This document shows, one piece after another, positions 12,801 to 23,127 of a stretch of DNA of 64,000 nucleotides (positions are counted from its first letter, which is position 1; each line of letters begins with the position of its first letter). The notes below the pieces were generated by a model. It did no database searches. It was not told where the DNA came from and was given only the letters and a program-made list of their open reading frames with translations. Source of the stretch: Macrostomum lignano (Eukaryota); contig NIVC01002264.1 of assembly GCA_002269645.1 (NCBI GenBank), forward strand, positions 78,278 through 142,277, in the 5' to 3' direction. A program made the position numbers and the translations under genes.

Positions 12801-14873
12801 ATTAACACTCCACCATAAGCTACAGAGACAGGATTAACTCGCCCCATCATAAGCTACAGAGACAGGATTAACTCGCCCCACCATAATCTACAGACAGGAT
12901 TAACTCGCTCCATCATATCTAAAATAGCAAAACAAGCATAATTTAGTTACCTGAGGTCCAATATGAATGAGCACAGCCTTGAGCACGTAGGGCTCAGCTC
13001 CAGACAGGAATTCGGACATTTCAATGGTCTCAGGATAAGCAATCGGGGATTTCACTTTCTTCTTGCGCAGGGTGCGCATGTCGAAGTCAAATCGCATCAG
13101 CTGGAGGCACAGCTCGTCGGGCAGGGACACCAGTTCTACGCCTACGCTAGCGTCCCGTGGCGCCTGGCACACGGGGCAGTTGTACTGACTCTCCCCGGCC
13201 AGGTCCTGTCGGGCTAAGAACTCGCGAAGGCAGTCAGTCAGCAAAGTGCTGGTCAGGTTTAAGCAGAGCTCGTGAAAATTTGACTCGCGTTCCGACAGAT
13301 AGGTGCAGGCGTGACAGCGGGTCACGTATCTAAGGGGATGAGTAGGATGGTGGTGGCTTGTGTTGAAATTGCTGTATGAGCACATTCTTCAGAATTTATC
13401 ATTTTCAGGCACCTATAGGGGTAGTTTCTGTGGCAGATTAAAAACGGTCTGGTAGTTTCTGTGGCAGATTAAAAAAACGGTTTGGTAGTTTCTGTGGCAG
13501 ATTAAAAACGGTTTGGTAGTTTCTGTGGCAGATTAAAAACGGTCTGGTAGTTTCTGTGGCAGATTAAAAACGGTCTGGTAGTTTCTGTGGCAGATTAAAA
13601 ACGGTCTGGTAGTTTCTGTGGCAGATTAAAAACGGTTTGGTAGATTCTGTGGCAGATTCAGACAGGTGTGGGGTAGATTCTCTGGCAGATTTAGACAGGT
13701 GTGGGGTAGATTCTCTGGCAGATTTAGACAGGTGTGGGGTAGATTATCTGGCAGATTTAGACAGGTGTGGGGTAGATTTTCTGGTAGATTTAGACAGATG
13801 TGGGGTAGATTATCTGGCAGATTTAGACAGGTGTGGGGTAGATTATCTGGCAGATTTAGACAGGTGCGGGGTAGATTATCTGGCAGATTCAGACAGGTGT
13901 GGGGTAGATTCTCTGGCAGATTTAGACAGGTGTGGGGTAGATTCTCTGGCAGATTTAGACAGGTGTGGGGTAGATTATCTGGCAGATTTAGACAGGTGTG
14001 GGGTAGATTTTCTGGTAGATTTAGACAGATGTGGGGTAGATTATCTGGCAGATTTAGACAGGTGTGGGGTAGATTATCTGGCAGATTTAGACAGGTGTGG
14101 GGCAGATTCTCTGGCAGATTTAGGCTGGGAAACTTGGAGAATAGATTCTCAATACGATTTCTTTCATTGGCTCACTTGTAAGATCCAGTGTAATGCTTCA
14201 TAACATTGTCGTCAAACTCATCAAATCTTCGTTCCAACAATTGTCGGAATAGGATCCTGAACTCGCTGGCGTCCTGCTGGATGCCCTTGTCCAAATTGAG
14301 GGCCTCAATAAATGCCACGGGTTCGCAGACGCCGTCGCGTTGCAGATGCAGCCTGGCAAAGATGCTCTGCAGTTCGCGAATGATAGCGTCATCATCGGAG
14401 GGCAGCCGATAGACGGCCTGCACCAGATCCGGGCTGCGCAGGTACAACTGCAACAGCGAATTCAAATAGCACGTGTTGCCATAATTGGTGAGACCAATTG
14501 GACCGTCCGATGAGGAAACTGCGGCCGAATCATCCTGCTGACCGGTTGCGTCATCAGCGTCTGCTTCGGCGTCGCCGGGACAACAGGACGGCGGTTGCTT
14601 AGCGGCAGCGGCGGCCAGCGCCACCGGCCCGGCCATGGCGGCCAAAGACGTGGCAGCCTCGGCGGTCTCCGCAAATTTGTCCGGCCCGAGGCCGTTCAGG
14701 CAGCAGGGATTCTGGCGGCAGTTGCCGCGGCAGGCGCCCAGCGGACACGTGTCCGACAGCAGGTTGTAGGCCTTCATCAGCTGGTGCTCGGCGATGTCGC
14801 CAGGTTCGACGCTCTCAGTCCAGGACCAGCGTTCGTCAGCCTGTTTGGCGGCTTTCGACTTGGAGGTGGACAT
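861..14873 (-). CDS. USP48: Ubiquitin carboxyl-terminal hydrolase 48, 6 exons, about 1188 aa
   Basis: Exons 14873-14176, 13329-12951, 8363-7908, 6829-6401, 4080-3882 and 2266-861; all introns are GT-AG and phase-compatible (3567 nt). Exon 4080-3882 is absent from the ORF track. Motifs: USP48-type N-terminus (W.W.E.V.P...C..G.CR.NC..NP.CL.G.G), Cys box GLTNYGNTCYLNSLLQ, QQDASEF, His box GGHYVA..CND, DUSP-like CPHGRL/CQHG repeats, WVGVKSLRSWKNLA, and a C-terminal ubiquitin-like domain. Confidence 0.93.
2341..3594 (+). mobile_element. Non-autonomous Tc1/IS630-like DNA transposon (deletion derivative) in a USP48 intron
   Basis: TIRs of about 56 bp at 2341-2396 and 3539-3594 (4 mismatches). Internal ORF 2536-2763 (RQRLIDAIAQG..ARILQIKKTSAFRI..RGG..EMREFLVEKLDENPFLKIRE*) resembles a Tc1/IS630 N-terminal HTH. 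No DDE domain and no clear TA TSD. Confidence 0.7.
2881..3575. repeat. 86-bp tandem repeat, about 8 near-identical copies, inside the transposon
   Basis: Period 86; the unit includes the inner part of the right TIR. Confidence 0.97.
4170..6345. repeat. 34/37-bp minisatellite in a USP48 intron
   Basis: Unit GTGAGCTGCTGTTGCTAATCTCAAACATGGTCTTCAG plus a 34-bp variant; about 55-60 copies. Confidence 0.96.
7010..7770. repeat. 20-22-bp minisatellite in a USP48 intron
   Basis: Unit GAGAAGCTAAAA(A)CTGCTCAT. Confidence 0.96.
8455..12905. repeat. 4.4-kb minisatellite of 32/34-bp units filling USP48 intron 2
   Basis: Unit CAGAGACAGGATTAACTCGCCCCATCATAAGCTA plus a 32-bp ...AACACTCCACCATAAGCTA variant. 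Confidence 0.98.
13419..14125. repeat. Compound minisatellite in USP48 intron 1 (about 30-bp array, then 33-bp array)
   Basis: GGTAGTTTCTGTGGCAGATTAAAAACGGTCT at 13419-13650 grades into GATTTAGACAGGTGTGGGGTAGATTATCTGGCA at 13640-14125. Confidence 0.95.
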
Positions 14874-15169
14874 GGCTAGGTTAGACTGCCGAATGGCAGC
14901 GGGTTAGCATTTGTTAATTGGCTTAGTTAGACATTTTAGCTATAGATCTGCTCAGCGAATTCTGAGTGGGTAGGGCTTGGGGAGGATATTCGAGACTGCA
15001 GAAGCATCAGGCTCTTATATTCATTGTTATCATCATACCTATGCTCTTCTGCTAAGCTACACTTTGAATTGACAGTTCGCTAATAGTTATTATGCAGGCA
15101 AGAATACATAGCCACACTGAAATACATGCTTTAATTATAGGAAAACTGCTTTAGTGTAATAGTGCATGA

Positions 15170-15685
15170 TGTCTATGGCAATAAACACCCGATAGTGCAA
15201 GCGTGTCTATAGCAATAAACACCCGATAGTGCAAGCGTGTCTATAGCAATAAACACCCGATAGTGCAAGCGTGTCTATAGCAATAAACACCCGATAGTGC
15301 AAGCGTGTCTATAGCAATAAACACCCGATAGTGCAAGCGTGTCTATAGCAATAAACACCCGATTGTGCAAGCGTGTCTATAGCAATAAACACCCGATAGT
15401 GCAAGCGTGTCTATAGCAATAAACACCCGATAGTGCAAGCGTGTCTGTAGCAATAAACACCTAATAGTGCAAGCGTGTCTATAGCAATAAACACCTAAAA
15501 GTGCAAGCGTGTCTATAGCAATAAACACCCGATAGTGCAAGCGTGTCTGTAGCAATAAACACCTAATAGTGCAAGCGTGTCTATAGCAATAAACACCTAA
15601 AAGTGCAAGCGCGTCTATAGCAATAAACACCCGATAGTGCAAGCGTGTCTATGGCAATAAACACAAGTGAAGTGCAAGCGTGTCT
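15170..15685. repeat. 34-bp minisatellite between NSRP1 and USP48
   Basis: Unit TCTATAGCAATAAACACCCGATAGTGCAAGCGTG, about 15 copies. Confidence 0.96.
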
Positions 15686-15900
15686 ACAAGATGGTCAAAC
15701 CAAAACCTTGAATGGAAACCTAAACAAATATTTTCTAATTAAACCACGGTAAAATTAAACTAACCACAAAGAAGTCGACTTCAACCCGATGAAATAGTTT
15801 AACACTATTTAATTATTTACAAATGTCAATTTTAAATTGTTTACACATATAGTTAGAAGCACATAAATATACAAGATTTAATATCGCTGTTTCTATGCTT

Positions 15901-17382
15901 TCAATCGTCATCTTCTTGATCGCTATCGGCCACAATTGGTGGCGCGGCCGCTGTCAAGCCTTTGCGCTGCAGGTAGCGCTCTCTGGCGCTGATCACGGCG
16001 TCTTGGTTGTTACGCCTGCGAAGCTTTACTAATAGTAGCGGATCGAGCACCGGACCTGCCGAGCCGGCTGAAGCTTTTGCTGACTTGGCTGCGCCACCCG
16101 ACGATGAGGCCGAACTTGACCTCGATCTGGACCTTCTGGACCTTCGATGCTGATGTCGGTGAGGTTGCCTACGATCCCGGTCCCGATCCCGGACCGCCGC
16201 TGATGATGATGACGAAGACTGAGGCAGCTGAGGCGGCGGCGGCTCCTCGGATTGAGGCTTGCGGCCGCGGTCAAGCAGATTGCGATAGAATCCCGTCAGG
16301 TCCTGCTGCTTTGCGGCTGCTTGCCTGCAAATTCATTCACTGAATTATTGAATGCCAGCTAAATCAGGTCACTGATAGCCTCCGCTCCCTCAGTCCCTGA
16401 ATCTGCCTCTCCGCTCCCTCAGTCCCTGAATCTGCCTCTCCGCTCCCTCAGTCCCTGAATCTGCCTCTCCGCTCTCTCAGTCCCTGAATCTGCCTCTCCG
16501 CTCCCTCAGTCCCTGAATCTGCCTCTCCGCTCCCTCAGTCCCTGAATCTGCCTCTCCGCTCCCTCAGTCCCTGAATCTGCCTCTCCGCTCCCTCAGTCCC
16601 TGAATCTGCCTCTCCGCTCCCCCAGTCCCTGAATTTGCCTCTCCACTCCCTCAGCCCCTGAATCTGCCTCTCCACTCCCTCAGCCCCTGAATCTGCCTCT
16701 CCACTGACTCAGTCAGTCCCTGAATCTGTCTCTCCACTCCATCAGTCAGTCCCTGAATCTGCCTCTCCGCTGTCCCAATCACTAAACCAGGCCAATGTGA
16801 TTACCTGGCATCCTTGGCCTCCTGCAGCTTGTGCTGCCGCTCCAATTCGGAAAACTCGGCCAATTTCTTTTTATAAGCAGATGTTACAAAGGCCTCTTTA
16901 TCGGCGTACAGTTCGCCTTCTGCCTCGCGCTCCGCTTGAATTTTCTTCTCTTTCTGATACTCGCGCTCCATCTTGCGCTCTCCAGCCGCTTGCATCAGGC
17001 CGCCAATGTACTTGGGCGCCCGGTCGCTCACAGTTTTAACAGTTTGCCGCTCGGGCTTCCGTTCAGTAATCTGATCGTAGATGGAATCGTATTCGAATAT
17101 GCTGGGGTCCTCGGCCAGGCATTTGTCTATGTCCGCCCTGGTGGAGCTCTTCAACCGGCTATTGCCCGACGCTTCTAAAGCCGCTTTTTTAGCGTCGAAT
17201 TTGGCAAATTTTGCGTCAAATTTAGCTTCGGCCTCGCCGTCTGAATCGCTGTCGTCGAATATCGACGGTCGAGACAGCTGCTGCTTCTGTTGCTGTTGTT
17301 GCTGCTGTTGCCGCTGCTTCGCCCTCTCCTCGCCCGGTATGATCAAGCCGTAAGATTTGTTTTTCTTCCCAGTCCGAGACAT
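15901..17382 (-). CDS. NSRP1: Nuclear speckle splicing regulatory protein 1 (CCDC55), 2 exons, 333 aa
   Basis: Exons 17382-16805 and 16324-15901 (phase 2, GT-AG). Motifs YGLIIP, PSIFDDSD, EDPSIFEYDSIYD, PKYIGGL, EGELYADKEAFVTSAYKKKL, QDLTGFYRNLL, an RS/RD tract and the C-terminal AVISARERYLQRK. Confidence 0.92.
16378..16775. repeat. 29-bp minisatellite in the NSRP1 intron
   Basis: Unit TCCGCTCCCTCAGTCCCTGAATCTGCCTC. Confidence 0.95.
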
Positions 17383-17694
17383 GGCAACGCTAACTGGAGT
17401 TGCAATTCGGATTTGCTAGCGAATTATCTTAGTACGAATTAGTGAGAATACACTCTACTAACAGTAGCAAAGAGGGGACAGATTGCCTTGAAAATAAACA
17501 TAAATAATAAAATAAAATAGCGAGACAACAACAAATAAGAAAAAGAAATTGAATACCAAAAAACAAGTGAGACAAAATATCTCGAACCAAAAGTAGAATT
17601 TAAATGCATTATTTATTTTCAAAAAATTGCAATAACAACTGCATCTCTGTGCTAAAACAAACTTAACAATATCGCTTGATTTCTATGTTGAATC

Positions 17695-17940
17695 GCCTGT
17701 GTCTGTCTGGTCTGCCTGTGTCTGTCCTTCAATCTGTCTCTGTCTGTCTGTCTGCCGGTCTGTCTGTTTTTCTATCTGTCTGTCTGTCTGTCTGTCCGTC
17801 AATCTGTCTCTGTCTGTCTGTCTGCCTGTCTATCTGTCTGTCTGTCTGTCTGTCCGTCAATCTGTCTCTGTCTGTCTGTCTGCCGGTCTGTCTGTTTTTC
17901 TATCTGTCTGTCTGTCTGTCTGTCCGTCAATCTGTCTCTG

Positions 17941-17988
<48 letters not shown>

Positions 17989-18037
17989 TTCTATCTGTCT
18001 GTCTGTCTGTCCCTCAATCTGTCTCTGTCTGTCTCTG

Positions 18038-18075
<38 letters not shown>
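17695..18075. repeat. Degenerate (TCTG)n microsatellite
   Basis: Direct reading; accounts for the spurious VCLS ORFs. Confidence 0.95.
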
Positions 18076-18076
<1 letters not shown>

Positions 18077-18228
18077 GGTGTGCACCCTCAGGTACTTAAT
18101 CCATCCAATTGATACGGTTTTAAATACAAAGTACACTTCGCCAGCTTACAGACAACAATTAAGCACCCGTAGATAGCACATTTAGTTTTTTTAAAATTAG
18201 GCGACTTCATAGTGCCAATATAAAAGCA

Positions 18229-21200
18229 TCAATCAGCCAGTAAATCCCGAACGTGCTCCAGCCGCATGCCGTAAAGCGACCGGAAGGCCATGCCGGGCAG
18301 CGGGCCGTCAACAGAGTCAGCATCGGCGTCGGCCTCGGCTCCTTCATTGTCCAAATATCGATCGGGCACCTCGCGAGAAGCCACCGCCCAGGCGCCGCCG
18401 GTGTCGGCCAACCGAAGCAGCAGTTTAGTGAGCGGGCCGATAGGCAGATCGGGCAGGCCGGTTACTAACCGTCTCCGCCCGCCGCTCCTACACCGATCAG
18501 CCAGCGGTAGGCGGGCGTGTCTCAGGCCGAACTGCTCGGCCCGAGCCACCGACAACCGGTTGGCAGCGTCGCCAGATGCGGTCACGCCGACAATTAGAGC
18601 GACGGAAGGCGATTGAAACGATGATGAAGACGAAGTGTTGGGTTGGAATAGCCGTTCGGCATTGGGAGCCGCGTTGGGCGAAAATGCCGATAGATAGAGT
18701 AGCCGATCGCGGCCGAATCTATAGATGGGGAATGACAGCGAAAGTTCTTGGTGTACTTTGTTAGATTCGGTTATTGCATGCTTCAAGCTTTTGGATCTGA
18801 GCTGGGGTGATCTATTGGACTGAACTGGGTGATCTATTGGACTGAGCTGGGTGATCTATTGGACTGAGCTGGGTGATCTATTGGACTGAGCTGGGTGATC
18901 TATTGGACTGAGCTGGGTGATCTATTGGACTGAGCTGAACGATCTATTGGACTGAGCTGATGTGATCTATTAGATCGAGCTGGGTGATCTATTGGACTGA
19001 GCTGGGTGATCTATTGGACTGAGCTGGGTGATCTATTGGACTGAGCTGGGTGATCTATTGGACTGAGCTGGGTGATCTATTGGACTGAGCTGGGTGATCT
19101 ATTGGACTGAGCTGAGTGATCTATTGGACTGAGCTGAGCGATCTATTGGACTGAGCTGAGCGATCTATTGGACTGAGCTGAGCGATCTATTGGACTGAGC
19201 TGGGTGATCTATTGGACTGAGCTGGGTGATCTATTGGACTGAGCTGGGTGATCTATTGGACTGAGCTGGGTGATCTATTGGACTGAGCTGGGTGATCTAT
19301 TGGACTGAGCTGGGTGATCTATTGGACTGAGCTGGGTGATCTATTGGACTGAGCTGGGTGATCTATTGGACTGAGCTGAGCGATCTATTGGACTGAGCTG
19401 AGCGATCTATTGGACTGAGCTGAGCGATCTATTGGACTGAGCTGAGCGATCTATTGGACTGAGCTGAGCGATCTATTGGACTGAGCTGAGCGATCTATTG
19501 GACTGAGCTGAGCGATCTATTGGACTGAGCTGAGCGATCTATTGGACTGAGCTGAGCGATCTATTGGACTGAGCTGAGCGATCTATTGGACTGAGCTGAG
19601 CGATCTATTGGACTGAGCTGAGCGATCTATTGGACTGAGCTGAGCGATCTATTGGACTGAGCTGAGCGATCTATTGGACTGAGCTGGGATCTATTGGACT
19701 GAGCTGGGTGATCTATTGGACTGAGCTGGGTGATCTATTGGACTGAGCTGGGATGATCTATTGGTCAGGGCTGGGATGATCTATTGGTCAGGGCTGGGAT
19801 GATCTATTAGTCAGGGCTGGGATGATCTATTAGTCAGGGCTGGGATGATCTATTAGTCAGGGCTGGGATGATCTATTAGTCAGGGCTGGGATGATCTATT
19901 GGTCAGGGCTGGGGTGATCTATTGGTCAGGGCTGGATGATCTATTGGTCAAGGCTGGGATGATCTATTAGTCAGGGCTGGGATGATCTATTGGTCAGGGC
20001 TGGGGTGATCTATTGGTCAGGGCTGGGGTGATCTATTAGTCAGGGCTGGGATGATCTATTGGTCAGGGCTGGGATGATCTATTGGTCAAGGCTGGGATGA
20101 TCTATTGGTCAGGGCTGGGATGATCTATTGGTCAGGGCTGGGATGATCTATTGGTCAAGGCTGGGATGATCTGTTGGATCAAGCTGGATGCTGATTTGAA
20201 TTACATTAAAATCATGGTCCTAATACCCTAAAAATGCAACGCATTCAATACCTGGCCACGGCTGACTCCAGACTATCAACAGAGTCCAACGGCAGCTCAT
20301 CGAAGCCCACGCCGCCAGTGGCGAGAGTAAAATACTGACGAAACACGCAGTCGGGATGCAGGCCGCAGGCGATTAGGTGAAACGGGCGATCAGCTGCATA
20401 GTTAGCTTGCAGACAGAGCAGCACCTGGCGGGCCAGATGGCGCCACTCCAGATGGCCATTGCTGTAGCCGGAGAAGTCCAATAGCAACGGCTGCCGCTCC
20501 TCCGTTGGCAGTCCAGCCTCCAGGGCCAAGCCGGCCAAGCTGCGAGCCAGCTGGATGGCCTGGCCAGGCGGTCTGGCCAGCCAATCGTCTTGGCTTTGGT
20601 GCAGCGCCAGCCGGTACAGGCCTTGGTAAGCCAGCAGCCTGTCTGCCTGGGCGATTGGGCAAGGATTGGGGACATGCGAGCTTGGGATTTTTAGCTGACA
20701 CCCTCCCACATACTCATGGCTTGCGATGTCATCCAACAAGTACCCAGATTGAGCGGGTAGCATTCTCCTAGATCCATAAGTTAAACAGTTACCAGGCCAA
20801 TTTCCTAGAGCTTTAGTGAAGTACCTGTGTACCTCAAGAATCCTCAGTTGCTGGACCACTGTCATGCTCCCAGATCCTCAGTTGCTGGACCACCCTCCCA
20901 GATCCTCAGTTGCTGAGCCGCCCTCCCAGATCCCCAGTTGCTGGGGTCACCGCCGCCCTCCCAGATCCCCAGTTGCTGGGGTCACCGCCGCCCTCCCAGA
21001 TCCTCAGTTGCTGGGCCACTGCCGCCCTCCCAGATCCCTAGTTGCAGGGCCACCCTTCCAGATCCTCAGTTGCTGAGCCGCCCTTCCAGATCCTCAGTTG
21101 CTGAGCCACCCTCCCAGATCCTCAGTTGCTGAGCCGCCCTCCCAGATCCTCAGTTGCTGAGCCGCCCTCCCAGATCCTCAGTTGCTGAGCCGCCCTCACA

Positions 21201-22074
21201 GATCCTCAGTTGCTGAGCCGCCCTCCCAGATCCTCAGTTGCTGAGCCGCCCTCCCAGATCCTCAGTTGCTGAGCCGCCCTCCCAGATCCTCAGTTGCTGG
21301 GGTCACCGCCGCCCTCCCAGATCCTCAGTTGCTGGACCACTGCTATGCTCCCAGATCCTCAGTTGCTGGACCACTGCTATGCTCCCAGATCCTCAGTTGC
21401 TGGACCACTGCTATGCTCCCAGATCCTCAGTTGCTGAGCCACCCTCCCAGATCCTCAGCTGCTGGGGTCACCGCCACACTCCCAGATCCTCAGTTGCTGG
21501 GCCACTGCCGCCCTCTTAGATCCCCAGTTGCAGGGCCGCCCTCCCAGATCCTCAGTTGCTGGGCCACAGCCGCCCTCCCAGATCTGCATCACAGCAGCAT
21601 CACACAGCAGCGGCTTACAGGATCAGGAAACCGAGCCAGGTGCAGCAGCTCCTCGGAAGTCAGCGGTCCAGACGGCAGGCAGACGGCAAACGCAGTGGAG
21701 CTCAGCAGCAGCCGCTCAGCCTGCAGCCCAGCCACATCGCCAGGCGCCAACAGCCGGTGGACAAGCGCATCAGCTGGCGTGGAATCATCGAGCAGGTCGC
21801 CAGCCGACCCGCCGCGAGCTGTCAGCGGGTGCATGCAGGCGATCAGGTCGTCAGGCTGACAATGGACCAGGCTACTGAGTGCCCAGTCGCGCAGCCGATC
21901 AACGCCGCGCAGTGTCGACCGCTGCGGGCGAGAGCGGAAACGGCCGGATGAGCTGGCAGAAGCAGAGGATGAGCGGCCAGTGGCTATCTTTGTTGAATAG
22001 GCCGCCGCCGTTACAGCCGCTGTCACTGCAGCTGCATTTCCAATGCTGCTGTAACAGCGGCAGAGAGAGAGCGA
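18229..22074 (-). CDS. TRMT10C: tRNA methyltransferase 10C / mitochondrial RNase P protein 1-like (SPOUT), 3 exons, no genomic ATG
   Basis: Exons 22074-21619, about 20850-20252 (acceptor uncertain; alternative start 20832) and 18718-18229; phases are compatible. Motifs match TRM10C: PLTSEELL, QPLLLDF..ARQVLLC..N..RPFHLIACGL, DRLLYLSAFSPN, A.A...LRHARLPL, LLLRLADTGGAWAVASREVP. The N-terminus is S/A/R-rich like a transit peptide. Confidence 0.75.
18800..20185. repeat. 22/23-bp minisatellite in TRMT10C intron 2
   Basis: GATCTATTGGACTGAGCTGGGT changes to GATGATCTATTGGTCAGGGCTGG at about 19750. Confidence 0.96.
20830..21590. repeat. 28-37-bp minisatellite in TRMT10C intron 1
   Basis: Core CCTCCCAGATCCTCAGTTGCTG; the same family occurs at 53190-54250. 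Confidence 0.95.
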
Positions 22075-22476
22075 CTGGAAAGCAGAGATAATTACAATTA
22101 TTAGCTATTAGAAGAAAAACAACTCAAAATAGGACCATTATACGAGATAATGAAATCAAGACAAGACAAGAGACGTCTTAACTGATTTTCAAAAAATTTC
22201 CACTGTTAGATCAGAATACACTGTAGACATAGTCAATCAAGATGACCTTTTTGGTAAAAATTCAGAACTAAAATTTGAAACAAGGGAGTACTCTTAGATG
22301 CCCTATCAAAAAACATTAGGACTTATAAGACATCGAAAGAATTATTATTTAGGAGATAATATTTATGCCAAAAATTTCTAGGCCTAGTTTAAAAAGGTCT
22401 TCATAGAATGATTTGAATGGATTTTTAAATGGAGTCAATATAATCTTAATACTAAAAGTCAAGTGAAGCTCAATAT

Positions 22477-22522
22477 TATTTGCGACGCGTTTCGGCTAAA
22501 ACTAGCCATCTTCAGGCACTAT
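22477..22522 (-). ncRNA. Minimal type I hammerhead ribozyme motif (mirror copy)
   Basis: Reverse complement of the 23083-23127 motif, in the left arm. Confidence 0.7.
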
Positions 22523-22658
22523 CGAACAGAATTTATTTCAACCTATTAAATACTGTGTAGACGACAAAATCAGGTATTGAAAAGATATAAAAGGACTAAA
22601 GGATCAATGTACAGCATAGCAATGTTCATAATATTTTTTGTGGAATGACAGGACAGAG

Positions 22659-22697
<39 letters not shown>

Positions 22698-22902
22698 GCG
22701 TATGCGCCCCAAATGTACTCTAGCTTAGAACACCAACAGCTGTTCACTCGCACCTCCTCCAGATAGTTGGACATTGAGAGTGGGTTTGTGTAACTTTAAA
22801 GTGGGTAACTTTAAACCCACTCTCAATGTCCAACTATCTGGAGGAGGTGCGAGTGAACAGCTGTTGGTGTTCTAAGCTAGAGTACATTTGGGGCGCATAC
22901 GC

Positions 22903-22945
<43 letters not shown>

Positions 22946-23082
22946 CTCTGTCCTGTCATTCCACAAAAAATATTATGAACATTGCTATGCTGTACATTGA
23001 TCCTTTAGTCCTTTTATATCTTTTCAATACCTGATTTTGTCGTCTACACAGTATTTAATAGGTTGAAATAAATTCTGTTCGA

Positions 23083-23127
23083 TAGTGCCTGAAGATGGCT
23101 AGTTTTAGCCGAAACGCGTCGCAAATA
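23083..23127 (+). ncRNA. Minimal type I hammerhead ribozyme motif
   Basis: GUGC-CUGAAGA-U-GGCUA(GUUU)UAGCC-GAAAC-GC-GUC-GCA: core CUGANGA/GAAA, 5-bp stem II, palindromic ACGCGU helix III, GUC cleavage triplet at 23118-23120, short stem I. Confidence 0.7.

Noticed and set aside
8455-12905. Long array of about 34-bp repeats as a CRISPR locus (also other 21-37-bp arrays)
   Set aside because: Units are directly adjacent with no unique spacers, lie in spliceosomal introns, and there are no cas genes.
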